Origin: Paraspadella gotoi
Lineage: Eukaryota > Animalia > Chaetognatha
DNA: 64,000 bases
Assembly (NCBI GenBank): GCA_051294375.1
Contig: CM119266.1
Coordinates: forward strand, 17,478,087 to 17,542,086
Direction of reading: 5' to 3'
Part shown: in pieces, positions 22,175 to 35,109 of the stretch
How the letters are laid out: each line of letters starts with the position of its first letter
Position numbering within the stretch: position 1 is the first letter of the stretch
Position numbers and translations under genes: made by a program
The notes under the pieces: model-generated
Told to the model about the DNA's origin: nothing
The model's database searches: none
The model's input: the letters and a program-made list of their open reading frames with translations, nothing else

Positions 22175-25100
22175 ACTAATTTATCAATATACATCAATCT
22201 AATAAAAGATAATATCTCAATTCTATCCTCACTATCATACCTAATTTATAACTAAACACAATATTTAACTTCTCTCACTGTAAGAGGAAATATTGCATGA
22301 AGTATTAATAACACTTGTAATAGTAATGGGTGTGATTTTGTACAACTCGACTCCAAGAGTATTATCAATAGAATGGAATAGTATAGGAAAATTACAGATT
22401 ATTATGATACAAGGAAAAATCAAATTAAAGGTATCGAAGATCTAATGAAATAATTAATTAAGCAATAAGGCGGAATGAGATTAGATGAAATATATCAACC
22501 AAAATAGGATGGGAATTAGATAATGGATGTAAAAAACACCAACAAGTGCATGAGGTATTCCTAAAAAAAAGAGTTGAGAAGTGAATCTGCACTTTAATGC
22601 TAGTTGTCCATCGATGATGTCTGACGTCTATTAGTCTTTTCATTCAAGTGAAAAAGGATGACGCACGATATGAATGATGAAACTTCGAGCTTGGTAAACA
22701 GTATCCACTAAACTCTTCTCTGCATTCGCAGATGCCCTTTTAATCTCACCTCCATCTCCCTCACTCGCTCGTTCCTCCTCTCTCCTCTCTCTTCTCCCTC
22801 TCCTCTTCCGTCTCCGTCGTTCTCGCACTCTCGTGCCCTCTCTCTGTCTCTCTATATCTCCCTTTTCCCAAAATAGTAAAAGATTCGTATTTCGACCTGA
22901 ATCGAAAGGGCCTTAGCCAGAATCGAAGAACCTCATAGAAAAGACGAGCGCGAGTACGAACGACGTACGCCGCCTTCTCTTACTCGACGAACGAGAAGAA
23001 CGAACGGTCACGACGACCAACAAGATCACTACGTGAATGATGATAATTGATGTATGATGATGACTGATGATGATGATTGACGAAACATCTCGTATATAAC
23101 TGATACCGACGATGATAACCTCCCAAAAACCTCTGCCAGTCGATCATAAATTGTTAAATATTTGTGTAATTTACTCGAAAGTAAAAAGAAATTAAAAATG
23201 AAACGCTCATCTGCTGCTCGCAAAAAATACAGACGAATCTCTTGGAATAAAAAAAACGGAAAACGAGACAACAGAGAAAATGAATATTCTCGCGCGGCGA
23301 AAAAGTGAGAAATCTTACTAGAAGAAAGAAAAGAGAAAGAGTTCCTACATCGTAAAATGCAAGTGACCCTCGGAAACAGAAAGAATGAAGGTACATAGTA
23401 AAAAAAGAAATGAGAGATAGTGTCGAAAAAGATGAACAATGAGGAGAGGAAGAAAGAAAGAAGAAAGGAACAGAAAGAAAGAAAGAAGAAGAAGAAGAAA
23501 GAAGAAGAAAGAAGAAAGAAGAGAAAGAAAGAAAGCAAAGAAAGAAACCAAACAACCAAACAACCAAACAAACCGATGAAAGATTGAAAACCCAAACCAA
23601 ACAAACAAACAAACAAAGGAAAAAAAGAAAGAAAGAAGAAAAGAGAAACGAGGTGAACAGAAAGTGGCCCCATGCTCTCTCTCACTGCCTCCTCCATTTT
23701 GTTAATCTACCTTTCGTCGCGCCTCTTCTTTAAAACCCCCATTCTCTCTCTTCCATTACCCTTTCCTTTCTTCCTCTTCCCCCTCTTTTCTCTTCTCTTC
23801 CCCCGCATCACCTACCTCGTTCCCTTCAAACTCCACCCCCTCTCTCATTCCTCCCCCTTTGTCTCCCTCTTGCCTTCCACCCCCTCCACCCCCACGTCGC
23901 CACACGACATCCAAATCCGCTTCGTCATTTCGTCGCCAAAAAACTCAATACCAGTAAAAAGGTTTAAAAATCTAAAAAATAAGATTCCAGGTTTTTAAAT
24001 AGATTAAGCATTTTAGTATAATAGAATAGTAGTAAGGAAAACAGTTTAAAAAAGCTCCGCGCAAAGTTTGCGTCCAAAAACATAAATCACATTTCACTAT
24101 GTTCGAGCAAGGCAAGGTCGTTTTAAAAAAGGATTTGCTTTGGTAACTTCAAGGTTGCCGGCTGTTACTCTATTTCTCAAGGAACTTCTAAAAAGTTAAC
24201 AATTGTTTGTTGTCGTTGTTGTCTCGGTCGGTAAACGAGCTGGGTCATCGGTCATCGGTCGATTCCAGGAGTGTCGATCAGTGCTTTTGTCGCGTCGTCA
24301 ATCTCTTGTTCATGGCCAACAATAACTGTTCTGCGCCCTTCCAATGCGTAATACGTGGCCAGCCCACGAGAGAGAGAGAGAGAGAAGGAGAGAGAGAGAG
24401 CAGAGAGAGAGAGGAGGAGTCAGAGAGAGAGGAGAGGAGAGGAGAGAGAGAGAGAGAAAGAGAGGGAGCTAAGACGGAAGAGAGAGAGAGAGGGAAGAGA
24501 GAGAGAGAGAGGGGGATGTGACAGAGAGAAGAACACAGATCCGAGAGGAAGAAATACAAAGAACGAGGAGAGAGAGGGAGAGGAAAGAAGAGGAGAGAGG
24601 AAAGAGAGAGAGAGGAGAGAGGCCGAAGAGAGAAGAGAGAGACGAGAGGGGAGAGAGAGAGAGGAGAGAAGGAGAGAACACATTCATACATCTCTCTCTC
24701 CCAGATGGGGGAGAGAGTCGCCTCGCCCTCCCTGGTCTTCGCGCCACACCCTCGTTTGTGCGCACTAGGGAAGGAAATGGTCGAGAAGAAGAGATGAAAG
24801 ACGGAAGATGATATGATGACCGAACGGTTTGAAAGACGACGAGGATTTGAGGAGAGACACTATAAATTTACGTAACGAGAGGGACGAAAGAATGTCCTGG
24901 ATTCCGATGGGACTACGTTCCTCATACTCATCTCTCCCTCTCACGCGACGATTACTCACCGCGAAACAAACCCAGAGACCACAACGAATGAAGAAGGAAC
25001 CGAAAAAAATGCAGAAACTGTTTATAATCAATGCTCCCAATGGAGCCGCAGTTAAATTCCAAATGCTGGTTAAATGAGCAGAGAAAATTGCCCGAAAAAG

Positions 25101-26330
25101 AAAAATATTATCGGCAAAAGATGCTTTAATGCAGTGAAAAATCAGGAGATAAAGGGAATGCATAATGCGGCAATCCCCGAGCATCCGAGAAACTCGTACT
25201 TCCGATCAGTTCCCTCCGAATCATAAATCGGACACCTCTTTCATTAACAGATGCGAGAGCAATCGCATGATGTTACCTCCTAACATCTTCTCTCTCTCAT
25301 CTCTCTCTCCTCTCTCTCTCCCCGCGTGGTCTCTCTCCTCCTCTCTCCTTTACTCTCTCTCCCTCTCTCTGGTAATTCGAAACCTTTAGGTAAATATTTG
25401 TTTGTTTAAGTAATTTTTATTGATATTTAGTCCCAGAAGACGGTCCACAGCATTAATTGTGAAGACAAAAATCACCTAGTGAAAATAAAATATTTAATAT
25501 TTTGAAATAAAACTTTGGTTTCTTGTGGTTGTTTTTTGCCCTTGTTCTTTTTTTTTTTGTTTTGTTTTTTTTATTTTTTTTAATTTTAAAAAAGTTTACT
25601 CGTTCTCCCAAAAAAAATTATTTTCTAAAGAAACAAAAATTATTGGATTGAAAAATCGCGCTATTCTTCTGTGAAAGGGATCGCTATTTTTCTCTTCCAT
25701 GCAAGCCTTTTTTTGAGCGAGGAAAGAAATTTTAATTAATATAATTAAGATACATATAATATTAATATTTATAATCATATAACGAATGAGAACTAAGAAA
25801 TCATGAAAAAAAATAGTCTTTTTTTTTTTTAATTGGAGAAACCCGTCTCTCGACTCACCTCGGTCGATACAAAAGAAAAACCGAAAGGAACCTGCGATCC
25901 CTCTCTCCGGCCGTCCGCTCGCGCTCGATCGACTCAAAGGGGGTCTAGAACCGAGGAGAAACGTCCGCAGATGAAGAGGAGAGGAAAGAAGAGGAGGACG
26001 AAAGAATGCACCCCCGAGAAGAGGAATGGGAAACTGGACCCAGTTGACCCCTCGTCGGGCGCCGGCGCGTGTCGCCACGCATGGATAATGTCGAACGAAA
26101 AAGTCCGTTCACATAACGCGGGAGCCGGCGTACGCAGATCAAAATCATTTTTAATCAGCCAATCAGTGCCACGACCTCTCAGGTCGTCTCTCCCTCGCCG
26201 AGGTAACAAGAGATGAGCGAGAGAGAGGCGAGTTGCATGCGCAGAGTCAGAGAGATCGAGAGAGATGGAGAATCCTGCATCACTGCATCGTTATGAGTGA
26301 CGAGCAGTTAGCGCATTCACCGAGAAAAGT
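22175..26330. repeat. Error-rich composite: inverted copy of ~26350-26800 (22175-22800) joined to a direct copy of ~12300-15200 (22850-26200); probable raw long-read gap fill
   Basis: aagagttgagaagtg at 22569 is the reverse complement of cacttctcaactctt at ~26492; gataaagggaatgcataatgcggca occurs at ~14455 and ~25148; the copy is insertion-rich. Confidence 0.85.
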
Positions 26331-26347
26331 CCGGTACTAGATCTACC

Positions 26348-26390
<43 letters not shown>

Positions 26391-26967
26391 TGAGAAAAGC
26401 TCTGAATAGGTTACAACGAATTTCATTCATTCGTCTCTTTTTTTCACTGAATGAAGATTAGACCTCAGAATCATCGATGCAACTTAACGTCCACTTCTCA
26501 ACTCTTTTCTTTTAAATCTCATCCCTTTTTGTTTTTACATCATCTATTCCCATCTATTTTGTTATATATCATCTAATCTCATCCCTATTCTTATTATTTC
26601 ATCTAATCTCGTACCTTTTGTTTTCATATCATATAATCTCTTACCTATTCTTTTTATCTTATCGAATTTCATCCCCATTACTTTCATTTAACCTCATCGC
26701 TCGTAATTATTTTTTTTTAAATTTATCATATTATTTATTTATTTATTTATTTATTATTTATCATATTATCCTTGTTTGCAGATCTAAAAATCCTCTTACA
26801 AAACCTCAAGATTCTACGGGAGACATTTTATATTATATTTGGAAGAAACGATGCGACATCTGGCGGGAATCGAAGGAAATCAAGAAATCTTTTCTTTATT
26901 TAGTTTTTTTTTCTTTGCTGAAAGTAAGTTTTTTGTTTTCGATCAACAGGGAGGAAGAAAATAAGCC

Positions 26968-27059
<92 letters not shown>

Positions 27060-27406
27060 CACACAATGAAAAGACTCGTAAAAGTCGCTTAGTCTCGACT
27101 TAACTTGAAATCAGTTGAAAAAAAAGAAAAAAGAAATAATCAGGGATAATAATCAACTTGTGTAAAAAAATAATCGCATTTCCTGATTTTTTGGGTGAAG
27201 TTTTTTTTAGGCGAAAGAAAATCGGGTGTCTAGACAATTTTGAAGGAAAATGGAGAAAGAGTAATGAATTGATAATGAAAAAAATAATGAAAGAATAACG
27301 AAAGATTAATGAAATAATAATGGGAGGAAACGCGTTACTGTTGTAATAATGATAATTAGAGATAATTTCTATTTCCAAAAGTCGGTAAAATTTTCTGTAG
27401 TTAAAA

Positions 27407-28359
27407 NNNNNNNNNNNNNNNNNNNNNNNNNNNNNNNNNNNNNNNNNNNNNNNNNNNNNNNNNNNNNNNNNNNNNNNNNNNNNNNNNNNNNNNNNNNNNN
27501 NNNNNNNNNNNNNNNNNNNNNNNNNNNNNNNNNNNNNNNNNNNNNNNNNNNNNNNNNNNNNNNNNNNNNNNNNNNNNNNNNNNNNNNNNNNNNNNNNNNN
27601 NNNNNNNNNNNNNNNNNNNNNNNNNNNNNNNNNNNNNNNNNNNNNNNNNNNNNNNNNNNNNNNNNNNNNNNNNNNNNNNNNNNNNNNNNNNNNNNNNNNN
27701 NNNNNNNNNNNNNNNNNNNNNNNNNNNNNNNNNNNNNNNNNNNNNNNNNNNNNNNNNNNNNNNNNNNNNNNNNNNNNNNNNNNNNNNNNNNNNNNNNNNN
27801 NNNNNNNNNNNNNNNNNNNNNNNNNNNNNNNNNNNNNNNNNNNNNNNNNNNNNNNNNNNNNNNNNNNNNNNNNNNNNNNNNNNNNNNNNNNNNNNNNNNN
27901 NNNNNNNNNNNNNNNNNNNNNNNNNNNNNNNNNNNNNNNNNNNNNNNNNNNNNNNNNNNNNNNNNNNNNNNNNNNNNNNNNNNNNNNNNNNNNNNNNNNN
28001 NNNNNNNNNNNNNNNNNNNNNNNNNNNNNNNNNNNNNNNNNNNNNNNNNNNNNNNNNNNNNNNNNNNNNNNNNNNNNNNNNNNNNNNNNNNNNNNNNNNN
28101 NNNNNNNNNNNNNNNNNNNNNNNNNNNNNNNNNNNNNNNNNNNNNNNNNNNNNNNNNNNNNNNNNNNNNNNNNNNNNNNNNNNNNNNNNNNNNNNNNNNN
28201 NNNNNNNNNNNNNNNNNNNNNNNNNNNNNNNNNNNNNNNNNNNNNNNNNNNNNNNNNNNNNNNNNNNNNNNNNNNNNNNNNNNNNNNNNNNNNNNNNNNN
28301 NNNNNNNNNNNNNNNNNNNNNNNNNNNNNNNNNNNNNNNNNNNNNNNNNNNNNNNNNNN
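27407..28359. other. Largest of more than 25 assembly gaps (N runs)
   Basis: Directly visible; all X-rich ORFs in the track derive from gaps. Confidence 0.99.
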
Positions 28360-29456
28360 AAAGAAAAGTTAACAAGAAAAGGACAAGGTCATAGAGAAAA
28401 AAGAAAAAGTTTAGAAAATTACAAAAAGTAAATAAAATAAATTTACCAAAACGAAAGAAAGTCCCCACCATGGCCGCAATGGGACATAGGTTTACACTTA
28501 TTAACATAAACTCTATATCAAACCACAGATATTGAGTGATATTGACTGACCTGCGTAAATGAAGTTGTTGACGATCGGGAAAAAGAAAGGGAGAAAAAAA
28601 AACAAAAGTTAATAATCTTTTTGAGAGAAATATGCATTATGAACTATGCTTTCATGTCAGGAGAAATATGTCGTATTTACATTGCTTCCTGGATATATTT
28701 CCATCTACCTACGTATAATTTAATATTTGAAGATGTTCTAGGCTGTTCATTATTTTCCAAAATATTCTGATTTTTTTTAAACTATTTCTTTTCTGGGAAT
28801 TTCTCTTTTATTTAAAATCTTTTCTTGACGACAAACATATTTGGTTACGGAGCGGCGACGACGACGACGACGACACAATCTCGAAACTGCAGATCACGGA
28901 ATCACGCCCATCACGTTATCCTAAAAATAAAAATCTCGCCATAAACGTAGCATATAAATCAAAAGCAATAAATTCAAAATAATAAATTTTCTCGTCACAA
29001 ACAAGAAGTCCGGACATTTTTGAACTGTCAAAAAAAAACATATTTTCGGAATCTCGCCAAAATTTAATTATTATCGCTGCTTTACGGTTATTACTATTAC
29101 GTTTTTTGAATTTTATTGCCTGTTCTTTTTTTTCCGTCAAAATTTTAACGTTTTTAACGCTCATAATTTTTACTCCTTTTTAACATTTCCTTATAATTAT
29201 TTTTTAAAAAAATATTTAACATCACAACGAAATTTTTACGAAATTCAAACTATTTTTTTCTCTTAATAAAAAAAAAAACTATCGTTGTAACTCTGATATA
29301 GAATAAGAACGAAAAAAAAAAATAAATTGAATAAAATTAGGAAGTAATTAAAAATTAAGAAGAAAAAAAAGAGAAAAAAATTTGGATTAAATTATCTCTC
29401 GACGGGAGAATAAGGCTCGTTGAAAATGGGGGGGGAGTCCTACAGTATATAGTGGT

Positions 29457-29509
<53 letters not shown>

Positions 29510-30226
29510 ATGAAGATTAAAAGAGTCATCGGCTCGAAACTTAACTTTTTATTTTTGGACTTGTTTGATACTTGATTCTGATTATACATCCAAAGGTAAA
29601 TAAAAATGATAACTTTGCTTACAGAAAGGTTACCCGGAACCTTATAACGTTTATTGATACTTTATAATTTAAAAATAATATTCAATAACAGCTACACTGT
29701 AGACACTGTAGATTCTACAGCATCAATGTATTTTTAATATTCCTTTTCTTTTTACATATGAATTAAGATTCATTCTGAATCTATCCTAATAAGAGATAAT
29801 CAATAACTAGTTGACATCGACACTTAAAAGTAAAAAAAAGAACGCGGAAATGGTATAAAATAAACTATAGATTTTTTTGAGGCGACGCATTTTTTTTTTA
29901 CATGGAACTCTGTATTATTTGTCAATACATAAATGAGCCACAGACAGCTTATATGAATCACAAAAGGCCAAAGTCTTGATATTTAAATTTTATTTTCGAT
30001 CTTCATAAATGCCAAAAAATAACTGGATAAGTCAACCGCGACCAACTTTTTTTCCATCATGGTAATTCATCACAAATTCGAAAATTGTCAAATACCAAAA
30101 AGAATTAACATATCATCTGATCGCGACCAGTCGATAAACAGTTTCTCTACATGATTGGACGGGTTTTTTTTCTTCGTGATTGAATTCGATTTAAGTGTTT
30201 CTAATTCATCACAAATCTAGACATTG

Positions 30227-30426
30227 TTAAAGTGAGGAGGAGGAGGGAGAGGAGTCCGCACCTCCCGCTGCAAAATCAGCGAGAACGGACAGCCGCCCGC
30301 CTCGCCAGCAGGCGAGAAGAGGGCAGTCGGCAGGCGTGCCAGGCCAGAGAGACATTCGAGTAGCCTTAGGAATCTTCCCACATATTTGACCACTGTCCTT
30401 TCTCAACTCTGTGTTGGAAAACTTTG

Positions 30427-30519
<93 letters not shown>

Positions 30520-32890
30520 TTCTTTATGCACCAAATAATTAAATATTTCACAACTGTCTTTAACTGCGCTGATGAAGGTTCGTAAACCGAACCGAAACAT
30601 GTCCGTTTATAAATAAATAAATTCTTTGCTGCATAACAATTTAAACTTTTTTCCTTATATCACAAATCTCTAACAAATTCCCAGCCCCCCCCCCCCGCCC
30701 GCAAACCTTCTATCGTTCTGAAGGGAAGGCTCAAAGTTCGATGAAGACGTCGAGAACCTGGGATTCCTCGCATCTCCACCACAGTCCAATTCTCCTCTCT
30801 CTCTCCCTCTCTCTCCTCTCTCTCTCCCTCCTTCCTCCAGGAGGCGAAGGCGCGAGGACGAAGACGAGAAAGAGGAGAAGAGAGAGAGGAAGAGGAGGCG
30901 AGGCGTTGCGGCGGAGCCGAGGAGGAAGAGGAGGAGTAGGGGAGGCGGGAGAGAGAGGAAGAGCTAGAGGAAGGAGAGGCGAGGCGACGATGGAAAGAGG
31001 AAGAAGGAGAGGAAGGCGGTTGACGTCGAGAGGAAGGGAGGGAGGAAGGGAGAGAGGGAGAAGGGGAGGGAGTTTGACGACGTGGTAGAGAGGAAGTAGG
31101 AGAGGAAAGCTGTCGGCGGGGAAGAGGAGAAGGAGGGGAGGAGGAAGGGGGAATGAGACGAAATCGTGAGAGGGAGGAAGGGGAGGAAGGAGAGGAGATG
31201 ACGGGAGGAGAATGAGAGGAAGAGTGGGAGGAAAGGTGACGAAGGAAGGAATGATCGGTGGAGCGAGGAGAGAGGGAGGGAGATCGAGAGGGTGGGAGAG
31301 AGGGAGAGCGAGAGGGAGAACGGGGGGAGGGCGCGATCTCTGGTTGAGGAGAAAGGGAGGATGAAGAGGAAGGACGACGAGGAAGAGGAGAAGAAGAAGA
31401 AGAAGAAGGAGGAAGATGACGAGGAGGACGAAAAAACGGGCGACTCTCGGGGGGAAGAGAAGGAGGAGAAGAGGAGGAAGAAGGAGAGGAAGAAGAAGAA
31501 GAACTCGGAAGAGAGGGAGGAGGAGGAGGACGACGAGGAGGAGGAGTGGAGGGAGGAGAACCTTTGGAAAAGAGTTTGGGAAGGGAGGAAGAAGGGAAGG
31601 AAGGGGTGAAGCGAGAGAGGAAGAAACGGCGACGTGGAACGGGATTAGGAGAAGGAGGTGGGAGGAGAGAGGGAGGAGGGGAAGAGGGAGAGGGAGGAGA
31701 GGGAGGAGGGGAGGAAGGAGAGGGAGGACGAAGGGAGGAAAATCGAAGACGCGGATTCGCGACCACGGCGCTCATTGTTTTTGTTTTTGTTTTGTTTGTT
31801 TATATTAAAACTTTGTGTTTTGTTTTGTTTTATTTCGTTTTGTACTTTTTTTTCGCTTCCAGCGCGAAATTATATTTTAATTTTATAGGCCGTCTGTCCT
31901 CGTCGTCGTTGTTGTTGTTGTTGTTGACGCCGTCCAGCGGCGGAATATTTCTTTTTCTTATTATTATTTTGTTGATTTGTTTTTTTGTTGTTTTTTTTTA
32001 GTTTTAAACCAAAGCTATAGCTCCACTGCGTTTTCGTTAATGATAGTACTTTCTTTACGATGTCGCTAAATTTTTATCCTTTTTGTTTTTCATATCCTTT
32101 TTTCTTCTTGGATTTCGACAAAAAAGTTTTACTTTTGTCTCCGATTTTGATTCATTTGTTTAAAACGAAATCATTCAATTGTCTTTTTTTTTCGATTTAC
32201 GTCAAACTTTTTTTTCTGTAAAAATGAAATGAAAAATATTTTTTGGAAATGAAGATACTATGTGAATTTAGCTTCAGGGCAATATGGTTTCCGAAAGGGC
32301 CATATTTTCGAAAAGCGCCCTAATTCTGCTTCCTGCCTTAGGTTCAGAATTTGGTTAGGGATTTGGGATAAAAATTAGGGTTAAGGTTAAGGTTCATGGG
32401 TTTGATCAAAGATTAAGTAACAGCAATGGGCCGCATTAGGAAAATAGGATCTCAGAACGAATGCATGCACACAAAAAACGATGGTTGCGTAAAAAACATT
32501 ATCGTCTTTTTTAGATATTTCCACATTTATGAGAGAAGAGAAGTTTTCAAATAACTATTATCATTCTTTTCTTTTATTATGACGTCGTTTTTTTAAAGAA
32601 TTTAAGATAAAATTAATTTGTTTCTACGGAAATTGTTTTAAAATTCGAAATCGATTTAAAACTAATAAATCAATCGTTTTTTTTTTTTTTCAAACTGGGT
32701 GGTGATATAAGATGGCTGGTTAATCGAAAAAAAATAATTAAAAAAGGGAAATTAAACTAAAGAAAATAAAATTTTTTTACATAAAATAGAAAGTAAAAAA
32801 CGATTAAGAACCGAATCAAAGAGACGATAAAAGCAGGTGGTGCTAAAAAAACTGTTTTGGTTGCAGCTGCTTTTTCTTGGCTTCGTTGTC

Positions 32891-32921
<31 letters not shown>

Positions 32922-34062
32922 CGAGAGCGAGAGAGAGAGAGAGAGAGAGAAGAAGAGAGGAAAGAAGGGAGGTAATCGAGAAGAGAGAGAGAGAGAGAAT
33001 TGCAAGCAAAATTGAGAAATAGGATAAACAAAAACGAGAAATATAAAAAACACGGAGTACTATTACAGCTGACGGAAATTTCGTCGGGATTATAAATTGA
33101 CCGGATCAGACAGATAGATTGACAGACTGACTTTCCCGCAGAAATTTTTTACAGCTGATAATTGGATCCAAAATTTTGAGACCGAGGGCGATGGGCAATT
33201 TATTTAGTATTGTGTGGACTCTGACAGGAGGCGAGAGAAGAGAGAGAGCAGAGTACGATGAGAGAGATGAGTTCGAGAGAGAGAGAGAGAGGCGAGAGAG
33301 GAGAGAAGCGAGAGAAGCTATACTGTATTCTTGGTATTTATTCAAATTTCGCTAACGTCGTCGCACCGAGGGCAATAAAATGTAACAGACGAGAGAGCAG
33401 AGAGAGAAGAGGAAGAGACGATGAGAGCGAGAGCAGAGAGAGAAGAGAGAGATGTAAACGGAGAGAGGTTCCCACGCCATTGGCAATGGCCACGCCCAAA
33501 TTGTCTGCCAAATGTTACAAATTTCGACTTCCAATCGATAGTTTTTGGAGTCAGAAATTTGATTCCGCGCGGTGTTATTCTTGTTCTGACATTTTTCCTT
33601 TTGATTTCCTCCTTTTTTGACACCCAAGAGGCAGACAACCTCGCATAAAGCATCTCTTGGCATCCTGTACCTGGGCAGCAGTACTATGCTGAGGTTAAGA
33701 TCTCTATCTCTCTCTTAGATATAATGGCAACATGACCAAAATTTTAATTCAGGACGCTCTCACTATAATTTTTTGAAGGCACTCACTTTTTATTAGCTTA
33801 AAGGTTTCTCCAGAAATTATTGTCTACAAATTAATTAAACTTTTATGCAGTTAAAAATGCTTATTTTTTTGGAGGGGTGGTTTAATTTGATTTAGATTTT
33901 CGTCGACACCTGGAATGAAATTAACATCAATCCGTCAATCTAAAAACGATTAATATAGAATTAAGACTTAAATTAATTGATTTCACAATAAACAGTTCTG
34001 ATAAACGAAAAATTTTGAATCGTGGCCGATGGAGAAACGAAATGAGAGAGAGAGAGAGAGAC

Positions 34063-34106
<44 letters not shown>

Positions 34107-34600
34107 GAGATGAAATTGAACAGTTTGAATTACAAAAATAAGAACATTAAAATTAAAATATTAATCCTCTTAAAAGAGAACAGCAGCTTCTCTATCTCGT
34201 CATATAAAATGTCATGCATTAACTTGTTTGTCCCAAGGCAGATGGCGTAATTCTCTGTGTCAGTGATTATGAATGTATTCGAGGATGTAATTAGGCTTAT
34301 TAATAGAGCCAAAAAAACATATAGATTAATACAGGATAAGACTTTCTTAACTAACTATCAAGAAATATGTTTTTTTATACTTTATGTGGAACATTATTGC
34401 AAGTCCCTTTTATAAACCATAACTTAACAATGAGTGGAAGTGGCAACCTGTGAACCAAGTCATATGAACGTATAGTAAAAATGAACATATGAAAGAAAGA
34501 ACAATAAAGGTCGGCAACTTCATAAATCACGCCGGAGGCACCGACGACGACGAGATGGAAACGACGACGGTAAACAAAAGGCTTCAGCCGAGTGGAAGTG
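30227..34600 (-). CDS. Paralog 2: multi-exon protein with about three PH/PTB-like domains and a long Pro/Ser-rich tail
   Basis: Phase-consistent 3' exons: ~31775-30707 (open Pro/Ser-rich frame), 30628-30552 (1-0) and 30421-30227 (0-TAA, SLWPGTPADCPLL). Clean exon 33220-33132. Motifs shared in order with paralog 1: IWAWPL, HFIALGATTL, FFSTTC, IKIGD, IYK..C, PGTP. The 5' exons are noisy. Confidence 0.7.
30707..31775 (-). CDS. Pro/Ser/Arg-rich tail exon of paralog 2 (includes RPRAFAS and RTLSLP)
   Basis: More than 350 stop-free codons with non-periodic sequence. The G|gtttgc donor is in phase with the tgcag| acceptor at 30629. The 5' boundary is uncertain. Confidence 0.75.
32303..32400 (+). mobile_element. 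Short dispersed repeat: TTTTCGAAA(A)GCGCCC..ATT(T)CTG.TTC followed by degenerate TTAGGG/CCCTAA-like units (MITE- or Helitron-derivative-like)
   Basis: Related copies at ~59981-60096 (+, ALYREF intron 1) and ~58780-58917 (-). The family assignment is inference. Confidence 0.45.
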
Positions 34601-34646
34601 ATAAACAGGAAAAGGGGAGGAAGGAGAGAGAGCAGAAAGAGAGAGA

Positions 34647-34683
<37 letters not shown>

Positions 34684-34710
34684 CAGGAGAAAGAGAGAAA
34701 GAGAGGAGAG

Positions 34711-34750
<40 letters not shown>

Positions 34751-34914
34751 GAAGAGAGAAGGAGAGAGAGACAGACAAGCGAGAAGAGAGAGAGACTGAG
34801 GATTATACGGGAAGGGTTTTAACCAAAATATTGGTTTGTTGCAGGCTGTCGCTGTCGGCAAAGGAATCTTCTATCTATCCTTTCGGAATAATCGTACGAG
34901 AGAGACGAAGAGAA

Positions 34915-34949
<35 letters not shown>

Positions 34950-35109
34950 CATGGCTATACTCAGAAGCTCGTAAGCGCAGGTCCGGGGCAGCCGCGCGCG
35001 GCCGAATCCNNNNNNNNNNNNNNNNNNNNNNNNNGAAATTTCTCGGGATTATAAATTGACGGACAGACAGATAGATTGACAGACTGACTTTTCCCGCAGA
35101 AATTTTTTC

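Noticed and set aside
32350-32400. TTAGGG-like units as an interstitial telomere
   Set aside because: Few, degenerate, and tied to a short dispersed repeat head.
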